Assembly: GCF_000008465.1 (NCBI RefSeq)
Contig: NC_006512.1
Span: 2,490,001 to 2,522,000, forward strand
Reading direction: 5' to 3'
DNA: 32,000 nt
From: Idiomarina loihiensis L2TR
GTDB lineage: Bacteria > Pseudomonadota > Gammaproteobacteria > Enterobacterales > Alteromonadaceae
The notes under the pieces: generated by a model
Database searches by the model: none
What the model saw: the letters and a program-made list of their open reading frames with translations, nothing else
Told to the model about the DNA's origin: nothing
Shown: positions 9,967 to 17,995 of the stretch, one piece after another
How positions within the stretch are numbered: position 1 is the stretch's first letter
Layout of the letters: each line of letters begins with the position of its first letter
Position numbers and translations under genes: made by a program

Positions 9967-10301
9967 TGGTTCCAGCCAACCGCTATAATAGCCATTCCGG
10001 TTAAAGTGAAAGCAGCACCTACGGCATCGTAAGTCGACAATGAAGCTCCTTCAACAGCCTTTAACCACAGCAGTGCAGTTACCACGTAAACGCCCCCATA
10101 AGCCGCATAGACCCTGCCACTTTCAGCCGGATGCAATGTAAGCAGCCAGGCAAATACTGCCAAACTGATAGCTGCAGGAATCAATAACCAGGCACTTCCA
10201 TCTTTTTTCAACCACAGGTAAGGTAAATAGCATCCGATAATTTCGGCAATTGCTGTAATAAAGAAAAGCCCTAGCGTTTTGGCTATCAACAAAACAGACA
10301 T
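9963..10301 (-). CDS. ynfA: YnfA family (UPF0060) small inner-membrane protein
   Basis: [14 protein letters not shown]...[18 protein letters not shown]...GW closely parallels E. coli YnfA. I prefer ATG 10301 (AAAGG 8 nt upstream) over the track's GTG 10310. Confidence 0.85.
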   Translation of the reverse strand: MSVLLIAKTLGLFFITAIAEIIGCYLPYLWLKKDGSAWLLIPAAISLAVFAWLLTLHPAESGRVYAAYGGVYVVTALLWLKAVEGASLSTYDAVGAAFTLTGMAIIAVGWNH

Positions 10302-10334
10302 GTTCAGCACCTTTATTTAGCAGGAGAAGACATT

Positions 10335-10965
10335 ATGCAGTCTACTACAAGCAGTTTCACTATGCGGGCATTACTCGTTACCGGCTTTCTTTCAATAACC
10401 ATTGCCTCTCCGTTTTCCGTAGCCAAAGATACAAATACAGAGAGTGAAACTTGCTCTTATAACGAAGTTGAAATGTTAAAGCTATCTCCCAGGGAGTTTG
10501 ACCAAAACCTGGAAAAAGGCTGGCGAGAAGTAGCTAAAGCGGAAGCCTGTCGTGAAGCGGCAGCCGACCTTATCCATACCTATTACACAAAGAACGAGAT
10601 TTCCAAAGGGGCTATGAGAACCTTTGTCTGGCATGAGGGTCATGCTTAGAGCCGAAGTCGGTCAGTATCAACGCGCTATTAGCTTAATGAAGCAAGCGCG
10701 CAAGTCGCCCGAAAAAGACATGTCTGGCTGGAACTATTACGTTGACGCCACTATCGCCTTTTTACAGTCAGATAGAGAAAAGCTAAAAAATCAAAGGGAA
10801 AAACTGGCTGCAGTTCCTAAGCCCGAAGGTTTTAATCCGACAGATGCAGACGGAAACCCTATTGAAATACAATGGCCGCCAAACTTGAATATTGTTGATA
10901 AGTTCATTCGTTGTTTCGACCAGCCTTATTCTGAAGTCTACACTGAATGTACTGCAGAAAAATAA
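10335..10965 (+). pseudogene. secreted hypothetical protein split by a +1 frameshift (track ORFs 10335-10649 and 10624-10965)
   Basis: The first ORF has a strong AGGAG RBS (10322-10326) and a signal peptide but stops at 10647-10649. The second ORF is open from 10618 in the +1 frame and has no usable RBS or signal peptide. Deleting one G from GGG 10637-10639 fuses them into ...RTFVWHEVMLRAEVGQYQ... Confidence 0.5.
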
Positions 10966-10984
10966 CCTCTGCTCGTTATCGGAT

Positions 10985-11659
10985 CTAATAGTGAATGATC
11001 ATGAACTCGCAATTTTCTGGTAATACTTTATTGTCGCTGTTCGTAACGACTATTTTGTCTGCGGTTTTCATTCCCGCATAGGTTTCTACAGACACTCTAG
11101 AAAGCCTCAGTGTTACGGGGTCTTCCAGACTCTCGAAGTTAGCATGAATAGTGTCAGGTAATATGGACTGATAGCTTCCTTTGTACGAGGTTATTTCTTC
11201 TTTTTCTACGTCAATATGTACCCGTTTATTATTCTTAAATTCAAGAATCATACGCTGGTTATTACAGGTTTGGTGGTTACCGCGAAGAACCGGTGGAAGC
11301 CTTAATTCAGGAGCATTACCTCGCACGTATAACCCAACATTACGCCCTTTATAATAATGTTTCTGCTGATAAAACTTTTGATAAGCTACAGGCTCAAGGT
11401 TTTGTTGCCTAATAACCTGTTCAAGTTTAGCGAAAAACTCAGGGTTTTCATTGGCGGGGTTTGTTGCTACAACCACATCTGGGAATTCTTCCGGAACCAT
11501 CACGCCCGAAGTTGCTTTAACTTTAAACCCATTTTCAGACAATGCAGAAATTAATTCCTGACGCTCTTTCTGTGGCAGCCGTTCTGTTGTAAGAAATACC
11601 GTGGGTGAACTGCAGCTAACTAATAAAAAAAGCACCGCTATTATAATAATTGCTTTCAT
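10985..11659 (-). CDS. hypothetical lipoprotein (224 aa from ATG 11659)
   Basis: MKAIIIIAVLFLLVSC|SS is a canonical lipobox signal peptide, with AGGGA 7 nt upstream of ATG 11657-11659. The track's GTG 11698 start adds 13 unlikely residues. No family recognised. AT-rich. Confidence 0.7.
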   Translation of the reverse strand: MKAIIIIAVLFLLVSCSSPTVFLTTERLPQKERQELISALSENGFKVKATSGVMVPEEFPDVVVATNPANENPEFFAKLEQVIRQQNLEPVAYQKFYQQKHYYKGRNVGLYVRGNAPELRLPPVLRGNHQTCNNQRMILEFKNNKRVHIDVEKEEITSYKGSYQSILPDTIHANFESLEDPVTLRLSRVSVETYAGMKTADKIVVTNSDNKVLPENCEFMIIHY

Positions 11660-11797
11660 TTTGACATCCCTGTACCAAAAGTATGCTTTAACTCTCACAA
11701 TCTGTTACAAATTAGTCAACAAATAATTAAAGAGCACCCTCAACAAGCAGGGTAGTCCTCGTTACTATATTGAGGTCATTTTTTAAGGGATATTTTT

Positions 11798-14671
11798 ATG
11801 AAGAAGTTATTACTCGCAAGCTCTATTAGCTTCGCTCTTTTAGCCGCAGGCTGCAGTCAGCCCGTTACCGAAACCGGCACCACTCAAAATGCCGTGGCGG
11901 GCGAAGTCATTAAAAGCCCGAACGACCAGCGCGAATATCGCGTAGTGACTTTGGATAATAATATTGAAATTATGTTGGTTTCTGATCCGAATACAGATAA
12001 GTCGGCTGCCGCTTTAAGTGTTAGCGTTGGTTTATTGCAGGATCCCGAAGCTCAGCAAGGACTGGCGCATTATCTTGAGCACATGTTGTTTCTGGGAACC
12101 GAAAAGTATCCCGATACCAACGAATACAGCGAATTTATGAGTAATAACGGTGGTAGTCAAAATGCCTCTACCTGGCTGGATGTCACCAACTACATGTTTA
12201 AAATTAATAACAACGCCTATGATGAGGCTTTAGATCGCTTCTCTGATTTTTTCAAAGCACCAAAACTGTACCCTGAGTACGCAGACAAAGAGCGCAACGC
12301 AGTGAACGCCGAATGGTCAATGCGCCGTGAAATGGACTTTTTCGGCCAGTTTAAATTAGGCCGCTTATTATTGGGAGAGCACCCTTCCAACCGTTTCCTT
12401 ATTGGCAACCTCGACAGCCTGAGTGACAAAGAGAACAGCGAGCTGCATAAAGAAACCGTCGATTTCTACAACCGTTTCTATTCTGCCAACATTATGAAAG
12501 TTGCCATGATAAGCAACCGTTCGTTAAAAGAGATGGAAACCTTAGCTCGTAAACACTTTGCCAGCATTGAAGACGACGGTATTGATGAGCCCGAGGTCAC
12601 AGCTCAAATTAACTTCGACGATGTAGGCAAGAAGCGCATCCACTATGTACCGAATGAAGACGTTAAGCAGCTAAAACTGGAGTTCATTATCAATGACAAC
12701 CAGGAACAGTTTGCCGTTAAACCCAACCGCTATGTCAGTTACTTGCTCGGCTCAGAAATGCCTGGAACGCCAGCACAACAACTCAAAGATGCTGGCCTTA
12801 TTGCTAGCTTAAATGCATCGGCACAACCCACTTTTTACGGGAACTACGGTGTTCTGGCCATTGATGTTGAGCTCACTAATGCCGGCATGCAACAGCGTGA
12901 AGAGATTGTCGCGCTTATTATGCAGTACATCGATAAAGTTCGCGCCGAGGGCGTTGATGAAAGTTACTTTAAAGAAATAAAAACCAGCCTGAATAATCGT
13001 TTTCGCTTCTTAGAAAAAAGCGATGAGTTCAGCTACGTTTCTTCTCTGGCTGAAACAATGCAGAACTTCCCTGCCGAATATGCCATCAGCGCCCCCTATG
13101 AATACCGTGAGTTTGATCCTGAAGCCATCCGCTCGGTACTGTCACAACTAACACCGGAAAGACTGCGCGTTTGGTATATTAGTCAGGACGAACCGCACGA
13201 CAGCGAGCTCGATTTCTATGAAGGCAAATACAAGGTTGTTGACATACCGCAAGAAGAAATCGCGAGCTGGGATAACGAACCGAAAATGTCCATTAACCTG
13301 CCGAAAGTGAATACCTTGTTGCCAGAGAGTTTTGCCATTAAGCAGAACGACGCTTTTGATAAACCCAAAGTGGTTATCGAAGAGGAAGGCATTCAGGTCT
13401 GGCAATATCCAAGTCAGTTATACAGCGACCAGCCGCGCGGTGTGTTTTATATTCAAATAAACAACGACGCACCTATTAAAAGTATAAAAGCGGACGTTTT
13501 AACTGCTTTATGGCGCGATTTATACAATATGAATGTTAGCGCTCTGGACACCGAGGCGAATATTGCGGGTATGAACCTGAACCTTAGTGATGGCACCGGC
13601 CTGTCACTAACGGTGTCCGGCTTTACCGATAAGCAGCCTCAGTTGCTTGAACGAGCTATCGATAATTTGAGCTTCAACGTAGAAGAGCAGGCCTTTAAAC
13701 AGGCCGTTGATCGCTATATCAGAGAACTGCAGAACAAAGGTCAGCAATTTCCTATTTATCAAAGTTTTGACGCCTACGGACAGTTGATTCGTGAAGGTGG
13801 TTTTAATCAAACGGACTTAATTGAAACAGCGCAAAGCCTGACTCCGGCTGACTTGTCTAACTTTATCGACACCTTAATGGGTAATAACGCCATTCGCGTG
13901 TTTGCTTTTGGTAATTACGATAAGGCTAACCTGGAAGAATCCGTTGATCGTATTCAGGCCAGCTTACCCGAAGACCGGAAGGTCACTGACTTTAAAGTGG
14001 CTCAATTCTGGAAGCCTGAAACTGGCAAGTCCATTGTATTACGTCGTGATCTGGATGTAGCTGACGTGGCAATAGTTGATGCACACATTCATCCTCAACC
14101 AGGTTTTGCCACGCTAGCGGCAGGAACGGTTCTGCAAAGCCATTTCCGCACCGTAGCCTTTGATACCCTGCGTACGGAAGAGCAACTGGCCTATGCGGTG
14201 GGTTCTTTCGCACCGAATCTTGATAATTACGCAGGTTTTGGCCTGTACATTCAAACCCCGGTTAAGAACGTTGCCGATATGCAGGAGCGTTTTGATAGTT
14301 TCAAAGAAGAGTACTGGGAAGACTTACAGGAAATGACGCCGGAAGAGTTCAACCAAATCAAACAAAGCACCTTGATTACACTGAACGAACAGCCGAAGAA
14401 CTTGATGGAAGAAGTTTCTCCATTCCTGGCTGATTTGAGCTTGCAGCGCTTTGAATTCGACAGCAAAGAGCAGTTAATTGATGCCGTTGAAAACGTAAGC
14501 CTTGAAGACGCCAAAACGTTTTACCAGCAAACCATGTTAAACCCCGATGCGGCGCGTATTTCGGTTCAGCTGCGAGGTACCAAGTTTGCTGAACAACCCT
14601 ACGCTGAATTGCCAAACCAGAAAATCATTTCCGATTTGGCAGAGTTTCATCAGGAGATGGAAAAGCAGTAA
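11798..14671 (+). CDS. M16 (pitrilysin/insulinase, protease III-like) zinc peptidase, lipoprotein
   Basis: 957 aa. Inverted zinc motif HYLEH (GLAHYLEHMLFLGTEKYP) followed by GGSQNAST as in PtrA. Lipobox-like LLAAGC|S. Confidence 0.9.
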   Translation: MKKLLLASSISFALLAAGCSQPVTETGTTQNAVAGEVIKSPNDQREYRVVTLDNNIEIMLVSDPNTDKSAAALSVSVGLLQDPEAQQGLAHYLEHMLFLGTEKYPDTNEYSEFMSNNGGSQNASTWLDVTNYMFKINNNAYDEALDRFSDFFKAPKLYPEYADKERNAVNAEWSMRREMDFFGQFKLGRLLLGEHPSNRFLIGNLDSLSDKENSELHKETVDFYNRFYSANIMKVAMISNRSLKEMETLARKHFASIEDDGIDEPEVTAQINFDDVGKKRIHYVPNEDVKQLKLEFIINDNQEQFAVKPNRYVSYLLGSEMPGTPAQQLKDAGLIASLNASAQPTFYGNYGVLAIDVELTNAGMQQREEIVALIMQYIDKVRAEGVDESYFKEIKTSLNNRFRFLEKSDEFSYVSSLAETMQNFPAEYAISAPYEYREFDPEAIRSVLSQLTPERLRVWYISQDEPHDSELDFYEGKYKVVDIPQEEIASWDNEPKMSINLPKVNTLLPESFAIKQNDAFDKPKVVIEEEGIQVWQYPSQLYSDQPRGVFYIQINNDAPIKSIKADVLTALWRDLYNMNVSALDTEANIAGMNLNLSDGTGLSLTVSGFTDKQPQLLERAIDNLSFNVEEQAFKQAVDRYIRELQNKGQQFPIYQSFDAYGQLIREGGFNQTDLIETAQSLTPADLSNFIDTLMGNNAIRVFAFGNYDKANLEESVDRIQASLPEDRKVTDFKVAQFWKPETGKSIVLRRDLDVADVAIVDAHIHPQPGFATLAAGTVLQSHFRTVAFDTLRTEEQLAYAVGSFAPNLDNYAGFGLYIQTPVKNVADMQERFDSFKEEYWEDLQEMTPEEFNQIKQSTLITLNEQPKNLMEEVSPFLADLSLQRFEFDSKEQLIDAVENVSLEDAKTFYQQTMLNPDAARISVQLRGTKFAEQPYAELPNQKIISDLAEFHQEMEKQ

Positions 14672-14696
14672 TAACGCCTGGTATTGAGCAATCTCA

Positions 14697-16385
14697 TTAT
14701 TGAGGTTGCTCTTTCGCGTAAGCATCTAAATAATCTTCCTGCTTCAAAATCTTATGCAACGGGTCTAATACATAATGTGCATCGGTTGTAGGTAACTCAA
14801 CTTGAACAGGAGTCTTTCCCACAACAACTGTCGATATCGTGTCACCAACTTGCACTTCTACAGGTAATTCAAAGGCTGCTTCGTTAAAGGTCTTCCAATG
14901 CAAGCTTAACTGACTCCCTTTTTGCTCACCAACCAACTCTGGTAACTTCGCTGTATAAAGGTAGTGTTCAAAAAACCATGTAAAGTCCTCGCCTGTTTGC
15001 TCATTAACAGCATCAATGAAGTCTTGAGAGTCCGCAAAATGCGGTTCAAAGTTTCCAGGTTTCGGGTCAGTAGTTTGGTAAACCAGTTTTCTCGTTGCCG
15101 CAAAGAAATCATCGTCGCCAATCAAGTTCCTCAAAGTATGCAGTATCCATGCGCCTTTTTGGTAGATATCGCTACCCGGCCCTCGGTCAGCTTTATAAAC
15201 GTCATCTTCTGACATTGGTTTATTCGATACAACCGGATGCTCGTTTCGTATACCTATACGTGAGTCATACATCATGCTGTGGTAGGCAAAGTCCCCATGC
15301 AAATATTGCCCATATAATGGCTGCATGTAAGCGCCAAAACCTTCATGCAGCCACATGTGGTCCCAGTCGGTATTAGTGACTTGATTTCCGAACCACTCGT
15401 GAGCCAGCTCATGATGAAGTAACCAGTCGAAATTGTATTTTCCGGCTTTGTATTCTTGCCCATACGCATTAATGGTTTGATGCTCCATACCCAAATGCGG
15501 CGTTTCCACAACGCCCATTTTTTCAGCGTAGAATGGGTAGGGGCCAATGACATCTTCGTAAAAGTCTAACTGCTCAGAGAACTCATTGAATAACTTTTCC
15601 GCTTCAGCTTTTTTACCTTCTAAATAGTAAAAAACCAACGGGTACTCATGTCCATAACGGCTTTGGTATGTATCCTTAAGAACCTCATAAGGACCCACAT
15701 TTAATGCAATACCATAGTTATTCTGTGGCTGCTCACTACGCCAGTGGTACTGTGACCAGTCATCACCCTCACTGCTTTCAATTAACTTTCCGTTACTGGC
15801 TGCAACCAGACCTTTCGGCACCCGGATAACAATATCGGTTTGCTTAGCCTCGAACGTCGGGTGGTCAATACAGGGCCAGATCAAATCACAACCCTCTCCC
15901 TGTACGGCTGTGGCTATCCAGGCCTTACCATTTTCAGTTTCGTCCCACACATAGCCACCGTCCCAGGGAGGGTTTATTGCGACGTGAGGTTGTCCTTTGT
16001 ATTCAATAACGACTTTTACCTCTTCGTCTGCAGCTATTGGTTGCTCAAGGCTAAAGCGAATTTCACCGAGTTCATGAGTGTAGTCTTTTGTTTCACGACC
16101 ATTAATGAAGAGTGTTGATATTTGATAGTTATTGTCAAAATCGATAAGGAAGTCGGACTGTTTCTCAGTAACAGAAAGTACCAGTTCAGTTTTGCCTTTA
16201 ACTTCACGTTTTTCCGGATTTATATCGAAAAACAAATGCGCTTTTTCAAGGTTAATGTGCTGATGCTCTGGTTTTAGTGCGCCCCCAGTTTCCAAGGTTT
16301 CAGTCAGGGTTTCCTTAGGTTCAACGCCGGCGCATCCGCCGACAATTAATGGGACAAAGGCAGTCGCCAAAAGTGCTTTTTTCAT
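14697..16385 (-). CDS. M1 family aminopeptidase, lipoprotein
   Basis: 562 aa. HELAH-X18-E zinc motif (HELAHEWFGN...WLHEGFG) and a GxMEN-variant exopeptidase motif (HLGMEHQT). Lipobox VGGC|A. GGGGAGA RBS 7 nt upstream. Confidence 0.9.
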   Translation of the reverse strand: MKKALLATAFVPLIVGGCAGVEPKETLTETLETGGALKPEHQHINLEKAHLFFDINPEKREVKGKTELVLSVTEKQSDFLIDFDNNYQISTLFINGRETKDYTHELGEIRFSLEQPIAADEEVKVVIEYKGQPHVAINPPWDGGYVWDETENGKAWIATAVQGEGCDLIWPCIDHPTFEAKQTDIVIRVPKGLVAASNGKLIESSEGDDWSQYHWRSEQPQNNYGIALNVGPYEVLKDTYQSRYGHEYPLVFYYLEGKKAEAEKLFNEFSEQLDFYEDVIGPYPFYAEKMGVVETPHLGMEHQTINAYGQEYKAGKYNFDWLLHHELAHEWFGNQVTNTDWDHMWLHEGFGAYMQPLYGQYLHGDFAYHSMMYDSRIGIRNEHPVVSNKPMSEDDVYKADRGPGSDIYQKGAWILHTLRNLIGDDDFFAATRKLVYQTTDPKPGNFEPHFADSQDFIDAVNEQTGEDFTWFFEHYLYTAKLPELVGEQKGSQLSLHWKTFNEAAFELPVEVQVGDTISTVVVGKTPVQVELPTTDAHYVLDPLHKILKQEDYLDAYAKEQPQ

Positions 16386-16514
16386 ATTTTTATCTCCCCA
16401 GTTGTTTATTAACTGAGCATGCCTTTATTATTAAAAACACTAAAGCACTTTTGCGACCAATGGTTTGTTTCAAACGTTTGTCTGAATTTAAAGGAAAAAA
16501 CGAGCTTAATTAAA

Positions 16515-17867
16515 TCAAACCACACCTTGTTCCAGCATGGCGTCGGCGACCTTACGGAACCCGGCAATATTTGCGCCAAGAACTAAGTTTGACGGGTGTC
16601 CGAAATCTTCGGCAGTGCGCTTCGCATCCTGGTATATATTGCTCATAATGTCTTTGAGTTTTTCGTCCACTTCCTCAAAATCCCAGCGCAACATACTGGC
16701 ATTCTGAGCCATCTCTAACTGGCTAGTGGCGACACCGCCAGCGTTTGATGCTTTGCCCGGACCGTAGCCCACACCACTTTCAATGAACAGATCGACTGCA
16801 GCCTGGGTGGTAGGCATATTGGCTCCTTCCACTATGTACTTGCACCCATTTTCCAGAAGTGCCTGGGCATCTTTTTCGGTCAATTCATTTTGAGTCGCAC
16901 AGGGGAAAGCTATATCGGCTTCGTAGCGCCAAACGCAGTGACCTTCTTCAGGGTAATCGTCCTTAGACGTGTATTCCGCATCCTCATGAGTTTCAAGGTA
17001 CTCTTTAAGCCGCCCTCCCTGCTCTTCTTTTATGCGCTTAACCAAGTCCAGATCAATACCGCTATCATGGTAAATGGTCCCGCTGGAGTCACTGCAACTT
17101 ATCGGTTTAGCTCCCAATTCATACAGCTTTTCCATAGCATGAATAGCAACATTACCTGATCCTGAAATCAAGCAACGCTTTCCGTCCAGCGAGTCATCCT
17201 GGTCATCCATCATGCATTGCGCGAAATAGACAACACCGTACCCTGTCGCCTCTTTTCTAACTTGAGAGCCGCCCCATAATTCACTTTTTCCGGTTAAGAC
17301 ACCATCAAAACGATTGGCCAGGCGTTTATATTGACCAAAGAGGTAGCCAATCTCCCTTGAGCCCACACCGATGTCTCCCGCAGGAACATCGGTATGAGGA
17401 CCAATGTGGCGATACAGTTCACTCATAAACGACTGGCAAAAACGCATAATCTCCGCGTCCGACTTGCCTTTAGGATCGAAGTTGGCGCCACCTTTGCCGC
17501 CGCCAATGGGTAAGCCGGTCAGCGCATTCTTAAATATTTGCTCGAAACCAAGAAACTTAACAATACCGGCATTAACACTTGGGTGAAAACGCAGCCCGCC
17601 TTTATAAGGCCCCAAAGCGGAGTTAAACTCTATTCTGTAGCCTTTATTCACCTGAATTTTACCATCGTCGTCCATCCAGGGGACACGAAACATGATTTGT
17701 CGCTCAGGCTCAAGTAGCCGCTCAATAATAGAGTGTTCCCGATATTTAGGACGCTCTTCCAATAAGGGCTCTATCGACTCAAGTACATCCTCTACCGCCT
17801 GATAAAACTCGACTTGCGCCGGACTGGTTTGCTTTAGCTTTTCGATGGTTTCTTTTATGTAGCTCAT
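16515..17867 (-). CDS. gdhA: NADP-specific glutamate dehydrogenase
   Basis: Collinear with E. coli GdhA (KGGLRFHPSV, catalytic PIGGGKGG, GSGNVA dinucleotide fold, GANMPTT, KASNAGGVATS). Alignment to the E. coli N-terminus favours ATG 17867 (MSYIKETIEKL) over the track's ATG 17900. Confidence 0.93.
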   Translation of the reverse strand: MSYIKETIEKLKQTSPAQVEFYQAVEDVLESIEPLLEERPKYREHSIIERLLEPERQIMFRVPWMDDDGKIQVNKGYRIEFNSALGPYKGGLRFHPSVNAGIVKFLGFEQIFKNALTGLPIGGGKGGANFDPKGKSDAEIMRFCQSFMSELYRHIGPHTDVPAGDIGVGSREIGYLFGQYKRLANRFDGVLTGKSELWGGSQVRKEATGYGVVYFAQCMMDDQDDSLDGKRCLISGSGNVAIHAMEKLYELGAKPISCSDSSGTIYHDSGIDLDLVKRIKEEQGGRLKEYLETHEDAEYTSKDDYPEEGHCVWRYEADIAFPCATQNELTEKDAQALLENGCKYIVEGANMPTTQAAVDLFIESGVGYGPGKASNAGGVATSQLEMAQNASMLRWDFEEVDEKLKDIMSNIYQDAKRTAEDFGHPSNLVLGANIAGFRKVADAMLEQGVV

Positions 17868-17940
17868 TGAGGTATCCGTTATTGTTAAAGGCGCATGCAT
17901 GCTTATTAATAACGTATTTTAGAAAGTTTAGATCGCCCCA

Positions 17941-17972
17941 AATAAAAAACCCGGAGACAAAGCCTCCGGGTT
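17941..17972 (-). terminator. Rho-independent terminator of the TonB-dependent receptor gene
   Basis: On the minus strand, the stem AACCCGGAG/CTCCGGGTT (17948-17956 / 17964-17972) has a 7-nt loop and is followed by TTTTTTATT (complement of 17941-17949). It sits 24 nt after the stop. Confidence 0.8.
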
Positions 17973-17995
17973 ACAAGAATGTTCCAGCAGGGAGA

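Noticed and set aside
14672-14696. Possible hairpin GAGCAA...TTGCTC in the 25-nt gap between the convergent M16 and M1 genes
   Set aside because: The stem is 6 bp, the loop about 15 nt, it extends into the M1 coding region, and there is no U-tract. I do not consider it a credible intrinsic terminator.
14906-16118. Several 70-93-aa ORFs on both strands inside the M1 aminopeptidase gene
   Set aside because: All are out of frame or antisense to a gene with intact HEXXH-X18-E and GxMEN-like motifs. They are shadow ORFs.
16463-16480. GTTTG-TTT-CAAAC-GTTTG, including the perfect 10-bp palindrome CAAACGTTTG (16471-16480), between the gdhA stop and the M1 peptidase start
   Set aside because: It could be a small terminator or an operator. 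However, the stems are only 5 bp and AT-rich, no U-tract follows on the minus strand, and I cannot match it to a known regulator site. That is too weak to call.
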